Virus record (IMG/VR): IMGVR_UViG_3300048598_000573
Span: 1-34,620 of that record
Strand: one strand, 5' to 3'
From: a virus
Taxonomy: Duplodnaviria; Caudoviricetes
Length of the DNA: 34,620 nt
Made by a program: the position numbers and the translations under genes. How positions within the stretch are numbered: the stretch's first letter is position 1; every line of letters starts with the position of its first letter. Of this stretch, positions 1-8,756 are shown in pieces. The notes under the pieces were generated by a model that had not been told where the DNA came from, searched no databases, and saw nothing but the letters and a program-made list of their open reading frames with translations.

Positions 1-96
1 GATCCGCAGCACGAGGACGGGACCATGGCCTTCACCGAATACGGCGTCGAAAGCCTGCTCAACCTCATCGAAATCCATCGCAGCAGGCCAAAATAG
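1..96 (+). CDS. 3' end of a small hypothetical protein of the kind found at the end of alphaproteobacterial IS66 elements (partial)
   Basis: Frame 1 reads DPQHEDGTMAFTEYGVESLLNLIEIHRSRPK* (TAG 94-96). It resembles, from memory, the EDG..AFT.FG.E.L..LI terminal ORF of IS66-like elements and is followed by an IR-like end. Confidence 0.55.
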   Translation, partial: DPQHEDGTMAFTEYGVESLLNLIEIHRSRPK

Positions 97-125
97 GCCT
101 GCCGCGGCCTACGCCGGATGATTAC
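1..125 (+). mobile_element. Probable right end of an IS66-family insertion sequence
   Basis: GGCCTACGCCGGATGATTAC at 106-125 has reverse complement starting GTAA, as IS66 terminal IRs do. Sequence becomes AT-richer right after 125. Confidence 0.55.
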
Positions 126-249
126 TCCATTTCTTCATATCGGCAATCAAAAAGCCGATGTCACTAAACTGCATTTCCGTTTGCCGTTCGAGCCTCCAGA
201 CATAGTGAGAGGCTGCAAATGATGCAAAATCCAATGAATAGCTCATCAT
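126..249 (-). pseudogene. 5' fragment of a gene probably truncated by the IS
   Basis: MMSYSLDFASFAASHYVWRLERQTEMQFSDIGFLIADMKKW runs into the IS end and stops at 109-111 inside the IR. Confidence 0.3.
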
Positions 250-483
250 CCGTACTCTGGCGCCCGGACCGGAACGCTGCGGCAAACTCCCTTTTTGGTG
301 TTTGGGAGCCGCCCGAGGACTCGAACCTCGATCGGGCCTAGAACCGCCCGGCTCAACGATGCGGTCCAGCCGCAACAATCATCCATATACAGAATTATGA
401 CTGAATCGTCAACTAGACATTTCTGATATACTTATTTCGCTAATGATATATCCCTGATTTATTCAGACATTTTCTGGCGCTTG

Positions 484-1287
484 CTAGTGATTCCCCCGAA
501 AATAGCGTCCGGCAGCATCAATCACCTCATCCGAGAACGCTAGACATGACACCATCAACGGCTTCGTCATGTAGTATACCCATGGCTGTCCATCCGAGGT
601 CGCGACGCTGAACCACTCGGAGGGCCACTCCGTGATCAATCTGCTGAATTCCGCTCGCGCTTCCTCACCCCATTCCATGCCGTTGTGCAGCATGTAGTTG
701 CGATATTCGAACAGAGCCTTGAATGCGGGAACATGGGCCATTGGGAGCGGAAAGCCCGTCACTTCCGCTAGCTGCTGAACCCCCCGGACAAGGTCAGACT
801 TTGACCGTCCGCCATCGAAGAACTTCTGACAGTTCCATCGGTGGAGTCGTGATCCGTCTGCCCCATTCCGGAAGCGAGGGTGATCTGGGGTCGATTTATC
901 CGCATCAAGTTTCTCACCGACAGTGCGAAAGATGCTCGCGAGTGCGGATTCAAGAAAGGACGCGAGTAGGCTGGAGACCGCGATCGATCGAGCCGCATCA
1001 GCATAGACGGACCGATTGCACTCAAACGCGTAATCCTCGTGCAACCTCGCGAAGTTGCCGCCGCTCCCCTTATCCAACGCTTCCTTAAGCGCCGTGATCC
1101 GCGCCTCCTGTAGCGCTTCCTCCCGATTCAGAGCGTCGATCATTTCCTTTATTGCGCTCAGTTGGTCCGCAAAATTGATATGAGGCATTAGGCCCATCGC
1201 GAAGTCGCGATCGGGCAAGTCGTCAAAGGACTTGCGACCGTGCTTTTCAGCGAGACGCAGAAATTCATCGTCCACGGGAATCGGCAT
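484..1287 (-). CDS. Hypothetical protein with HEPN-like RxxxxH motif (putative RNase/defence)
   Basis: 267 aa, largely helical, GGGGAGAG RBS upstream. The motif YRNYMLHNG follows an upstream SFLES helix. Confidence 0.6.
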   Translation of the reverse strand: MPIPVDDEFLRLAEKHGRKSFDDLPDRDFAMGLMPHINFADQLSAIKEMIDALNREEALQEARITALKEALDKGSGGNFARLHEDYAFECNRSVYADAARSIAVSSLLASFLESALASIFRTVGEKLDADKSTPDHPRFRNGADGSRLHRWNCQKFFDGGRSKSDLVRGVQQLAEVTGFPLPMAHVPAFKALFEYRNYMLHNGMEWGEEARAEFSRLITEWPSEWFSVATSDGQPWVYYMTKPLMVSCLAFSDEVIDAAGRYFRGNH

Positions 1288-1339
1288 CTCTCCCCTAACC
1301 GCGTCCTGATTGGCGGATGCGCAGAAGGTCTAGCCGAAC

Positions 1340-1894
1340 CTAACCGACCGGATGAAGACCTTCTTTGACCTGATCGACCGCCCTCGCACCCGTGGTCCGA
1401 CGCAGCATCGTCTCAAACTGCTCAGCGGTGCACCGTCCGTGCCCCAATTTTTCTGTCTCGAAAAGCTGCGGAATCTTCTGACGGAGAGCGTACCGAAACG
1501 CGGTCCTTACGTCGCGGGCCTCGCGCTCAATCCAATCCGCGCGACGTTCGAAAACTACCGGAAGATTCGAGCAGTGGCTGACGATGTGGTGGACGAGCAA
1601 GCCGCACCAGCTCGCGACCGACTGGACCGGCTCGATCGTCCCCTGCGCGATCCGCGCGCGCTCATAGGCGGGCTGCACGAGCGCGCTCAGAGGATGCAAC
1701 TCGACCTCATCAAACACGAGATCGACGCGGCTCACGAGCCCAGACGCGAGAGCCCGATCGGACCGGACCGCGTCCTTCTGCGGATGACCCAGAAGCGCTG
1801 AAAAATCGCTGGAATTCTTCGTCAACATGCCCCCTGAGGTAACCGGGTCACATCGCGAAAGCAAACGGGTAGCCGTGAAGCTACCCGTTGTCAT
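1340..1894 (-). CDS. Hypothetical protein (strand and start uncertain)
   Basis: Open frame with GC-rich third positions, co-directional with neighbours. An in-register antisense ORF (1352-1801) is also open. Confidence 0.35.
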   Translation of the reverse strand: MTTGSFTATRLLSRCDPVTSGGMLTKNSSDFSALLGHPQKDAVRSDRALASGLVSRVDLVFDEVELHPLSALVQPAYERARIAQGTIEPVQSVASWCGLLVHHIVSHCSNLPVVFERRADWIEREARDVRTAFRYALRQKIPQLFETEKLGHGRCTAEQFETMLRRTTGARAVDQVKEGLHPVG

Positions 1895-1917
1895 GCTTAT
1901 AGCCTTAATCCACGAGC

Positions 1918-3039
1918 TTAGCCGACGCGGCTCAGGACCAGCGACTTCCAAACCACAGCAGAAGCATTCGGCAGGTGCGCCGATGGCTGATTGAGGTCGA
2001 TCGCGACGCCCGTCGCATCGGTGACGATCGAGGACATGGACGAGCTGTGCGTGACCGGCTTACCGAGCCATGGCTGCATCGTGACCTCCGTCCCGCTCGT
2101 CCCTCCAGAATTCCACCCCGCGAGCAGCGCGAGGCGCCCGCCCATTATGTTGAACTTCGAATAGATGGAATAAATCCGCTCGCTCACGCTGGAGCTGGAC
2201 CCGGTCGTCTGGGTCGCACCGCAGATGCGGATCACGCCGAAAGTGGGATTGGGGACGAACGAGTCCGTACCCGCATCCCAGATCGTCGTGTCCCACGTCA
2301 TGCCACTCGTGTAATCGATCGCATTCGCCCGAATGGCTCGAAGCCACATGGTCTCATAGGGCGAGCCGGACAGCGCCGCAGCGTTGGTCCACGAGCCTTG
2401 CAGCTCATAGATTCCATCCGCGAGATTGTCGAAAAGGATCGGGTCGGTCCCGGTCACGGGAAGGTCCGTCGTGATGATGTTGGAAGGGCGACCGACCAAG
2501 TTCCAAACCCCCGGCGTCCCGGCGTACCGGTAGGTGTAACCGGCTGGCGTCCGATAGGTCTGACCGTTCGTCGGAGACGTGGGGAACGTACCGGTGCCAG
2601 CGGCTTCAGGCTGACCATTGGTCGAGATCGACATCCACAGATCGCCGGTCCCATCGTTCACGCGCTGGTACACGACCAGCGTAGCCGGATCGATCCAAAA
2701 CGTCCCGATCGTCGGAGCGGTGGGCGGGCTGGCGCCATTGAAGATGAGCTGACCGTCGCGCTGAAGAAGCTGCGCGAACAGCTCCTGAGTGGCGCTCTGC
2801 CAAGCTCCAGCGGTGCGATTGTAAATCTTGACCGTGCCCGGTCCGGAGGTCGCGGGGTTCGCCGGATCGAGCCATACCTTTTCGGTCGTCGATGGGGTCG
2901 TGTCGCCCACGTGGAGGTCGATCAGACCCGCCTCGCCAAGCATTCGAGCATGCGTGTCGAGAGCCCAGAGCCGGGTGAAATCGCCGGTCGTCGTGTTCTG
3001 CAAAAGCTGCTGATGAATCGCGGGGTTGAAAACGGTCAT
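1918..3039 (-). CDS. Tail fibre / receptor-binding-like protein
   Basis: 373 aa, T/G/P/W-rich. Repeated fibre-type modules (TPSTTEKVWLD, SPPTAPTIGTFWID, FPTSPTNGQTY). AAGGA RBS; distal end of tail operon. Confidence 0.65.
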   Translation of the reverse strand: MTVFNPAIHQQLLQNTTTGDFTRLWALDTHARMLGEAGLIDLHVGDTTPSTTEKVWLDPANPATSGPGTVKIYNRTAGAWQSATQELFAQLLQRDGQLIFNGASPPTAPTIGTFWIDPATLVVYQRVNDGTGDLWMSISTNGQPEAAGTGTFPTSPTNGQTYRTPAGYTYRYAGTPGVWNLVGRPSNIITTDLPVTGTDPILFDNLADGIYELQGSWTNAAALSGSPYETMWLRAIRANAIDYTSGMTWDTTIWDAGTDSFVPNPTFGVIRICGATQTTGSSSSVSERIYSIYSKFNIMGGRLALLAGWNSGGTSGTEVTMQPWLGKPVTHSSSMSSIVTDATGVAIDLNQPSAHLPNASAVVWKSLVLSRVG

Positions 3040-3050
3040 TTGAAATCCTT

Positions 3051-3602
3051 TTAGATAACGGTGAGCTGCGTCACGGTGAGAACGTCCGGGCTAACCGAGA
3101 GCTGGATTTCACCGGTCCCGCTGTCCGCCGTGAGCGTCACGCTCCCATCGGTCGTGAGCACGCTGCGGATCAGGTTAAACGGGATTATCTCTTTGATCTG
3201 ATTGGTGGAATTGTCGAAGACCTGAAGCCGATCGACCTCCGGCGAAATCGTCTCGTGATTCAACAGTTCCGCCGTCCCCATTCCGAGCGTGGATCGCACA
3301 ACGAAGGTCGTCGGGTGAATGTCGATCCCCTCACCTTCGGAGTAGGCTGATCCCACAATCGCCTGAACCGCGTCATAGACGGCTGTATCGTCGCCAGCGG
3401 TCGTGCTCGCGCCCGCCGTCGTGACGAGATACCTGAGGTTGCCTGTAATTTCGTTGAGCCAAGATGCGGTGATCAAGGTCCCATTGTCGGTGCCCGGAAT
3501 ACACGGCTTAAACCACGTGTCCGCACCATCATGAATTACTGTGTCGCCGGTCGGTCGCGAAAGAGAAGCGCCCGGACCCTGCGGAGAAAATAGATTTGCC
3601 AT
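3051..3602 (-). CDS. Short tail-fibre adaptor, paralogue of the main fibre N-terminal domain
   Basis: GTLITASWLNEITGNLRYLV matches GTELQASTLNAITGNLRGIV of the 879-aa fibre. GGAGG RBS. Confidence 0.7.
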   Translation of the reverse strand: MANLFSPQGPGASLSRPTGDTVIHDGADTWFKPCIPGTDNGTLITASWLNEITGNLRYLVTTAGASTTAGDDTAVYDAVQAIVGSAYSEGEGIDIHPTTFVVRSTLGMGTAELLNHETISPEVDRLQVFDNSTNQIKEIIPFNLIRSVLTTDGSVTLTADSGTGEIQLSVSPDVLTVTQLTVI

Positions 3603-3620
3603 ACGTGATACCTCCGCCTC

Positions 3621-3626
3621 TATTTA
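3621..3626 (-). promoter_or_regulatory. TAAATA box (putative late promoter) in the loop of an RBS-sequestering hairpin
   Basis: gacTAAATAgaggcGGAGG..ATG(3602); 8-bp arms at 3612-3619 and 3630-3637. Confidence 0.7.
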
Positions 3627-3654
3627 GTCAGGCGGAGCATTTCACCGGGTCAAA

Positions 3655-4173
3655 TCAAGGCGTCCACGGTGCAGATACATCAGAGAACGCAGCATCGACT
3701 TCAGCGGTCGTGCTGATCTGGTCCGCATCGATCGCGGTTTTGACCTGCGCGAAGCGTTCGAAGCAGTCCGTCACGTGTTGCGCGACCGCATCCGATAGCG
3801 CGATGATTTGCTCAGCTGAGAGCGGATAGATCGACCCGTCCGATGCGACCCACGACTTAATCAACAGCGGGTCCGCCTGAGCCTCAAGCCTCGCGCCCAT
3901 CAGCATGAGCTTCGAACGATCATCCGTATGGATCGGGACCCCGCCGACCGTGATCCCACCGGTTTCGACCTTCCACCGCTTGTCGGACGCGTAGCTCAAG
4001 AGATCAGGCGACGGGTCCGCTGGAGCCGTGAAGACCCCTTCGGAATAGGTCCAGCCGGGTCCAGCCGTATCGGACGGGACGAGCGTCGCGCCATCCGGTG
4101 GAGACCACGTTGCGCCCTCGTCCAGCTCCACGGTGTTTTCGACCGTTCCGTCTCGAATAATTGCGTACCTCAT
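3655..4173 (-). CDS. Tail fibre assembly protein (DUF4376-like)
   Basis: KRWKVETGGITVGGVPIHTDDRSKLML motif; directly downstream of the main fibre. Confidence 0.8.
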   Translation of the reverse strand: MRYAIIRDGTVENTVELDEGATWSPPDGATLVPSDTAGPGWTYSEGVFTAPADPSPDLLSYASDKRWKVETGGITVGGVPIHTDDRSKLMLMGARLEAQADPLLIKSWVASDGSIYPLSAEQIIALSDAVAQHVTDCFERFAQVKTAIDADQISTTAEVDAAFSDVSAPWTP

Positions 4174-4177
4174 CTCG

Positions 4178-6817
4178 TCACCTCAATACAGTTACGCGGA
4201 CCTCACCGCGTGCTCCGTTACCCGCCGTGCTCGTCCCGCCTGCCCCACCACCAGCGGGAGCCGTTCCCGCCGCCCCGGTCGTGCCGGTGCTCGTGCCCCC
4301 GGCGCCCCCACGAACGGAAGTCCCCCCGGTGCGCCCGAATGTCGCCGCGATACCGCCACCGCCGCCCGCGTTGATCGCGCCGATCGGGGTATAATTCCCG
4401 GTGGCCCCGTCGTCCCATCCGCCAGCGCCACCGGCTTCACCGCCCGCCGCGATCGTGTGGAGACCGAATGCGGATGCGGACAACGTCGTGTTGCCCGCGA
4501 GCGTGGTGACATAACCGGGAGTCGTGTAGGGGCTGCTCACATCCGCCGCGTAATACGCCGCGCCGCCCGGTGTGAACCCGCCCCAGCCGCGCTGCGAGAC
4601 CGTGCCCGCACTACCACCTCCGTTACCGCCCGCCGCGACGATCCCATTGAAGCTGGAGAACCCACCTGCGGTCCCGGACGCGCCCGCAGTGCCTCCGGCG
4701 CCCACCGTGACGCTTTCGGTCGCGCTGAGTTCCGCCGCGCGAAAGCAGAACATGCGGTACTCACCGCCACCGCCACCGCTCGCGTTCCAATCGGTCCCAT
4801 TCTGGCGCCCGCCGCCACCGCCGCCCCAAAGCTCGACCATGACGATTTCGTTGCCCGTCAGGCCCGCCGGCTTCGTCCACGTGCCCGAAGAGGTGAACAA
4901 CTGGTAGTCGTTCGCGCCACCCGCCGCCGCATCGACGTACTGCTTCGTCGCCGCATGGAGCGCGCTCGTCGGGTCCGCCGAGAGCGTCACGAGCCCCGTG
5001 AACGTCCCGCCGCTGAGCGGCATGGCATTGGTGATCCCATAGCCCGCGAGGGTCGTGGGTAGGCTCGACAAGTTCGCAAAGGGGATCGCGATGTTCGCGG
5101 AGCCGTTGAACGAGACGCCCGCGATCGTCCGCGCGGTCGCAAGAGTGGTCGCGGTCGCTGCATTGCCGTCGATCGAGACGCCGCTGAGGGTCTGAGCGCC
5201 CGAGGCCCGATTGAAGGCGAGCGAAGTCGTGCCGATGAAGGCGGAGCTGAAGGCGGTTGCGCCCGTGGCGACTCCGTCCAATTTGGTCTTGTCAGCAGCG
5301 CTCATGAAGCCGGCGACCGAAGTGGTCGCGGCTGCGTGCGCAGTTCCACCGGTACCGGCGTGCGAGGTGGCTAGCTTCTCGCTGTCCAGCTCTTCGATCG
5401 CAGCCTGCATGTTGGTCGAGCTGACGTTGCCAGCTGGCGAGAAGCTGATCGAGGAAGCCGGGACCACCCCACCCGCCACAAGGTCATCGACGTACTTCTT
5501 CGTCGCCGCGTGCAGATCGGCAGATGGCGGGCCTGCGAGCGTCACAGGTCCGGTGAACGTCCCGCCCGCAAGCGGCATGGCGTCCGTGATGCCATAGCCA
5601 ATGAGGGTCGTCGGCTTAGAGCTGAGGTTCGCAAAGGGGATCGCAATGTCAGCTGAGCCGTTGAAGCTCACGCCTGCAATGTTTCGCGCGGTCGCGAGGG
5701 TGCTTGCGGTCGTCGCCGTGGTGGCGGTCGCCGCGTTCCCATCGATCGAGACGCCTGCGAGCGTCTGAGCGCCAGAGGCGCGATTGAAGGCGAGCGAAGT
5801 CGTGCCGATGTAAGCGGAGCTGAACGCGGTTGCGCCCGTGGCGACCCCATCAAGCTTCGTCTTGTCAGCGGCGCTCATGAAGCCGGCGACGCTCGTGGTC
5901 GCGGCTGCGTGCGCAGCTCCCCCGGACCCCTCGTGCGAGGTCGAAAGCTTCTCCGCGTCCAGCTCTTCGACCGCGCCCTGAACATCGGTCGCCGCGATCG
6001 AGCCCGAAGGGATGAAGTCCACATCGGACGCGTCAAGCGTGCTGAACTGACCCTCCAGCGCGGTCGTGCGGGTCTCCAGAGGTCCCACGCGCTGGTCGAG
6101 CGCGTACCGCGTCATGGCTGGCGTCACAGCCTGAGTGGAGCCTACGCCTACGTCCATGTCCGGTGCGGTTGCAGCCGGTACCGTGACGGTCCGATCTACC
6201 GACAGGTCGCCCCCACCGGTCGCGAGACCTGACGTGTTGACCCGCCTGTTAGCCGGGACGAAGGACGAAATATTCGCATTGATCGAGATCGTCCCATTCG
6301 CGGGATTCTTCGTCAGACTGACCCCATAGCCGGACTGAATTATCTGACTGACGAGATTGTAAGGGCTGATCTGGACCGGGTCGGACCCATTGTGCACGAG
6401 CAGCCGTGAGGTGACCGGTGAGACGGACGTGAGAGTGTCCATCGTGTGCCAGCCAATGCGGACGAGCCCGGCATCGACCGTGATCCCCGCGTCGCCGGAC
6501 AGCTGCTCAAGAGCTTCGGTCTGGACGATCCCACGGACCGCATCGGTGAGCATGTCCATATTGGAATTGCGACGCTCGATCGGGGTCCCGATCGTCACGG
6601 CATAATTCACGATCCCGCGCAGATTCCCGGTGATTGCGTTGAGCGTTGACGCCTGAAGCTCAGTCCCATCGGGGGGAAGATCAGGGTCGTGATGGGTCGT
6701 GTCGCGAAACCACCGGACTTCACCGACAGCGTAGTCCGACTCGTCGGTCGAATCCGGTAGTGAAGTAACTGCGTTCGCACCCGTGGCGCTAAAGATCGCG
6801 TCATTATCAGTCGGCAT
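4178..6817 (-). CDS. Main tail fibre protein with duplicated shaft segment and glycine-rich C-terminal domain
   Basis: 879 aa; PTTL.GYGIT.A and HAATK.YVD fibre repeats; C-terminal FTSSGTWTKP...WGGGGGG Gly-rich domain; follows baseplate genes. Confidence 0.9.
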   Translation of the reverse strand: MPTDNDAIFSATGANAVTSLPDSTDESDYAVGEVRWFRDTTHHDPDLPPDGTELQASTLNAITGNLRGIVNYAVTIGTPIERRNSNMDMLTDAVRGIVQTEALEQLSGDAGITVDAGLVRIGWHTMDTLTSVSPVTSRLLVHNGSDPVQISPYNLVSQIIQSGYGVSLTKNPANGTISINANISSFVPANRRVNTSGLATGGGDLSVDRTVTVPAATAPDMDVGVGSTQAVTPAMTRYALDQRVGPLETRTTALEGQFSTLDASDVDFIPSGSIAATDVQGAVEELDAEKLSTSHEGSGGAAHAAATTSVAGFMSAADKTKLDGVATGATAFSSAYIGTTSLAFNRASGAQTLAGVSIDGNAATATTATTASTLATARNIAGVSFNGSADIAIPFANLSSKPTTLIGYGITDAMPLAGGTFTGPVTLAGPPSADLHAATKKYVDDLVAGGVVPASSISFSPAGNVSSTNMQAAIEELDSEKLATSHAGTGGTAHAAATTSVAGFMSAADKTKLDGVATGATAFSSAFIGTTSLAFNRASGAQTLSGVSIDGNAATATTLATARTIAGVSFNGSANIAIPFANLSSLPTTLAGYGITNAMPLSGGTFTGLVTLSADPTSALHAATKQYVDAAAGGANDYQLFTSSGTWTKPAGLTGNEIVMVELWGGGGGGRQNGTDWNASGGGGGEYRMFCFRAAELSATESVTVGAGGTAGASGTAGGFSSFNGIVAAGGNGGGSAGTVSQRGWGGFTPGGAAYYAADVSSPYTTPGYVTTLAGNTTLSASAFGLHTIAAGGEAGGAGGWDDGATGNYTPIGAINAGGGGGIAATFGRTGGTSVRGGAGGTSTGTTGAAGTAPAGGGAGGTSTAGNGARGEVRVTVLR
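4930..6030. repeat. Tandem duplication of about 555-573 bp inside the tail fibre gene
   Basis: ctcatgaagccggcgac at 5301 and 5874; atcgacgtac at 4931 and 5486. The two protein copies are near-identical. Confidence 0.9.
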
Positions 6818-6844
6818 AGAATAGAGGGACCTTTCGTATCGCTC

Positions 6845-6850
6845 TATTTA
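6845..6850 (-). promoter_or_regulatory. TAAATA box upstream of tail fibre gene
   Basis: cggTAAATAgagcg, 27 nt before ATG 6817. AATAGAG/CTCTATT arms at 6820-6826 and 6842-6848 enclose the GAAAGG RBS. Confidence 0.7.
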
Positions 6851-6875
6851 CCGACGTGCGCCCGGTCGGACCGGT

Positions 6876-7658
6876 TTACGGGTTGATGAACTTCACGATA
6901 GCCTTCGTATGCGCGGGCTTCAGCTTCTCAATCAAGCAAATGACCTGATCGGGATTTGGCGAGCACGCATAGGCACAGCCGGCATAGGCGCACCCAGCGG
7001 CGGACGGAGGATTGGACTCGATGATTTCGGTCCAGCTCGCGGACTGCGAGAGATCGATCGTGAGGACCCACGTGAACGCCTTCCCGACGTATGGGAGGAT
7101 CACCCATTCATCCCCGATGTACTCGCGATGCAGACCGCCGACGCGGTAGAAGTCATTATCGGCAAGCGCGCCCTCGCCAAGGTTCGAGCCGGCTTCAAAG
7201 ACCTCGTGGCGCGGACCGGTATAGGCGCACCCGGCATAAGCGCAGCCGGCGAAAGCCACATCGCGATTATCAAGAGAGACGCAGTCGCTGACGTGCCAGC
7301 CGTGCGCGTTCAGGATCGAGCTGAAATAGTCGCAGGTAGCTCCGCCTTTCCAGACCTTCTTTTCGCAGGCGAGCAAGCCAATACAATCGTCCGGGACCCC
7401 ATAGTCGAGGTTCCACAGGTCCGTCGTTTCGATAGCTTCGCGGCAATAGATTTCTTGGCTGAGCTGGCAAAGCCGCTCTTCCAAGAGTTCCATCGAAATC
7501 GCAAAGGCGAAGAAGTAGGCCCACATGGTCGAGCCGACGCGGTCGATCGCATCCCAGACGAGACCCACCGGGAGCAGCCCACGGATTCCGGGAAAGATTG
7601 CGGTGCGATCCGCGCAAGGCTGGTCGTGAAGCCGTCGTTTTGAAGAGTTTCGAGCCAT
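6876..7658 (-). CDS. Baseplate wedge protein, Mu gp48/YmfQ-like
   Basis: GLLPVGLVWD, LWNLDYGVPDDC and C-terminal CLIEKLKPAHT; sits between J-like and fibre genes. Confidence 0.85.
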   Translation of the reverse strand: MARNSSKRRLHDQPCADRTAIFPGIRGLLPVGLVWDAIDRVGSTMWAYFFAFAISMELLEERLCQLSQEIYCREAIETTDLWNLDYGVPDDCIGLLACEKKVWKGGATCDYFSSILNAHGWHVSDCVSLDNRDVAFAGCAYAGCAYTGPRHEVFEAGSNLGEGALADNDFYRVGGLHREYIGDEWVILPYVGKAFTWVLTIDLSQSASWTEIIESNPPSAAGCAYAGCAYACSPNPDQVICLIEKLKPAHTKAIVKFINP

Positions 7659-7667
7659 CGCGCCACC

Positions 7668-8741
7668 TCAATCCGTGTATGAGATCGAGCCAAGGACCGG
7701 GACCTCACCGAAGGCGATCGAAAGGTCTGACGGTGGCGTGACGATCGAGTGATACCGTTCCCCCGAGGCGATTGAGATCGCTTCGTAAATCCACGCGAGG
7801 TAGAACTTCGCGGGGTCCCCCACGGTCCCCATCAGCGCCTTCGTCCTGAAGACCTCACGCAGCTCCAGCTCGATCGTAGATTTCACGGTCGGAGTGTTCT
7901 GCGCGAGCCCTTTGATCGTGATGTTCACCGGGCGCTCGACCGGCGTCATGCACGTGACGATGGCGGTGACAGGACTGACCTCATCGATGTACTCTTGCAG
8001 CTGGACCAGCTCCGCACCGGTCGCCGCACGGTCATCGACCCGGACGCAGAGCAGCACGGTTCCGACCCCCGCGCCGTGCGGGATGACCCAGCTGGAGGTC
8101 GTCGCGGGCAAGGCGTCTTTGATCCAACGCTCATAATCGTGACGGGCGCCGCCGTGCGGGGGCAAACGCATATAGTCGAGCACACGAGCCCTAAGCTGAT
8201 CGTCGGTCTCTTCCTCTGAGCCGCCACCGATCCCACCCACGACTTCAGCCGTAGCGGGTGCGCCCGCGAGCGGCGGGCTGAAGCTCAACAACTCACCCGG
8301 CATCGTGTTCGAGCTGGACCCGGCGATGAGAGCCTGAAGCTCCAGCGCGATGATCTGGGATGACGCGAGCGCGGTGACCTCTTTCGTCACGACGAAGGTG
8401 ACGCCATCCTCACGCTCAAGCTGCTGTCCCACCGCGAAGGTCGTGCCGGGATCGACCCCCGTCAGCTCGACCACGCCATGGGCCTTGCGCGCGCCAAGAC
8501 GGGTGATCCCGAACTGCTCCGCGTGTTTTTCGAGGTAAGGCGTGTCCGCCGTCGAAACGAAAATCTGCTTCGCGACATAGTCGATCTTCAAAAGGTTCTG
8601 CCAGATCGCCCCGCCCAAAACCTTCGCGGAGACCATGACGTTCGATGGATTCAGCTGCGCATTTGAGCCCGGCATCTGCGTTTTGAACGCATTGCGGGCA
8701 TCACGAACCACATCATTCAAAGAGGGAATACGAAAACCCAT
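7668..8741 (-). CDS. Baseplate J / Mu gp47-like protein
   Basis: GGSEEETDDQLRARVL, PPHGGARHDYERW and GVGTV motifs. Confidence 0.92.
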   Translation of the reverse strand: MGFRIPSLNDVVRDARNAFKTQMPGSNAQLNPSNVMVSAKVLGGAIWQNLLKIDYVAKQIFVSTADTPYLEKHAEQFGITRLGARKAHGVVELTGVDPGTTFAVGQQLEREDGVTFVVTKEVTALASSQIIALELQALIAGSSSNTMPGELLSFSPPLAGAPATAEVVGGIGGGSEEETDDQLRARVLDYMRLPPHGGARHDYERWIKDALPATTSSWVIPHGAGVGTVLLCVRVDDRAATGAELVQLQEYIDEVSPVTAIVTCMTPVERPVNITIKGLAQNTPTVKSTIELELREVFRTKALMGTVGDPAKFYLAWIYEAISIASGERYHSIVTPPSDLSIAFGEVPVLGSISYTD

Positions 8742-8756
8742 ACATCTATACCTCCA

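Noticed and set aside
4930-6030. Fibre repeats as DGR template/variable repeats or an invertible cassette
   Set aside because: Both copies are in-frame and direct, differences are not adenine-specific, and no reverse transcriptase or invertase is present.
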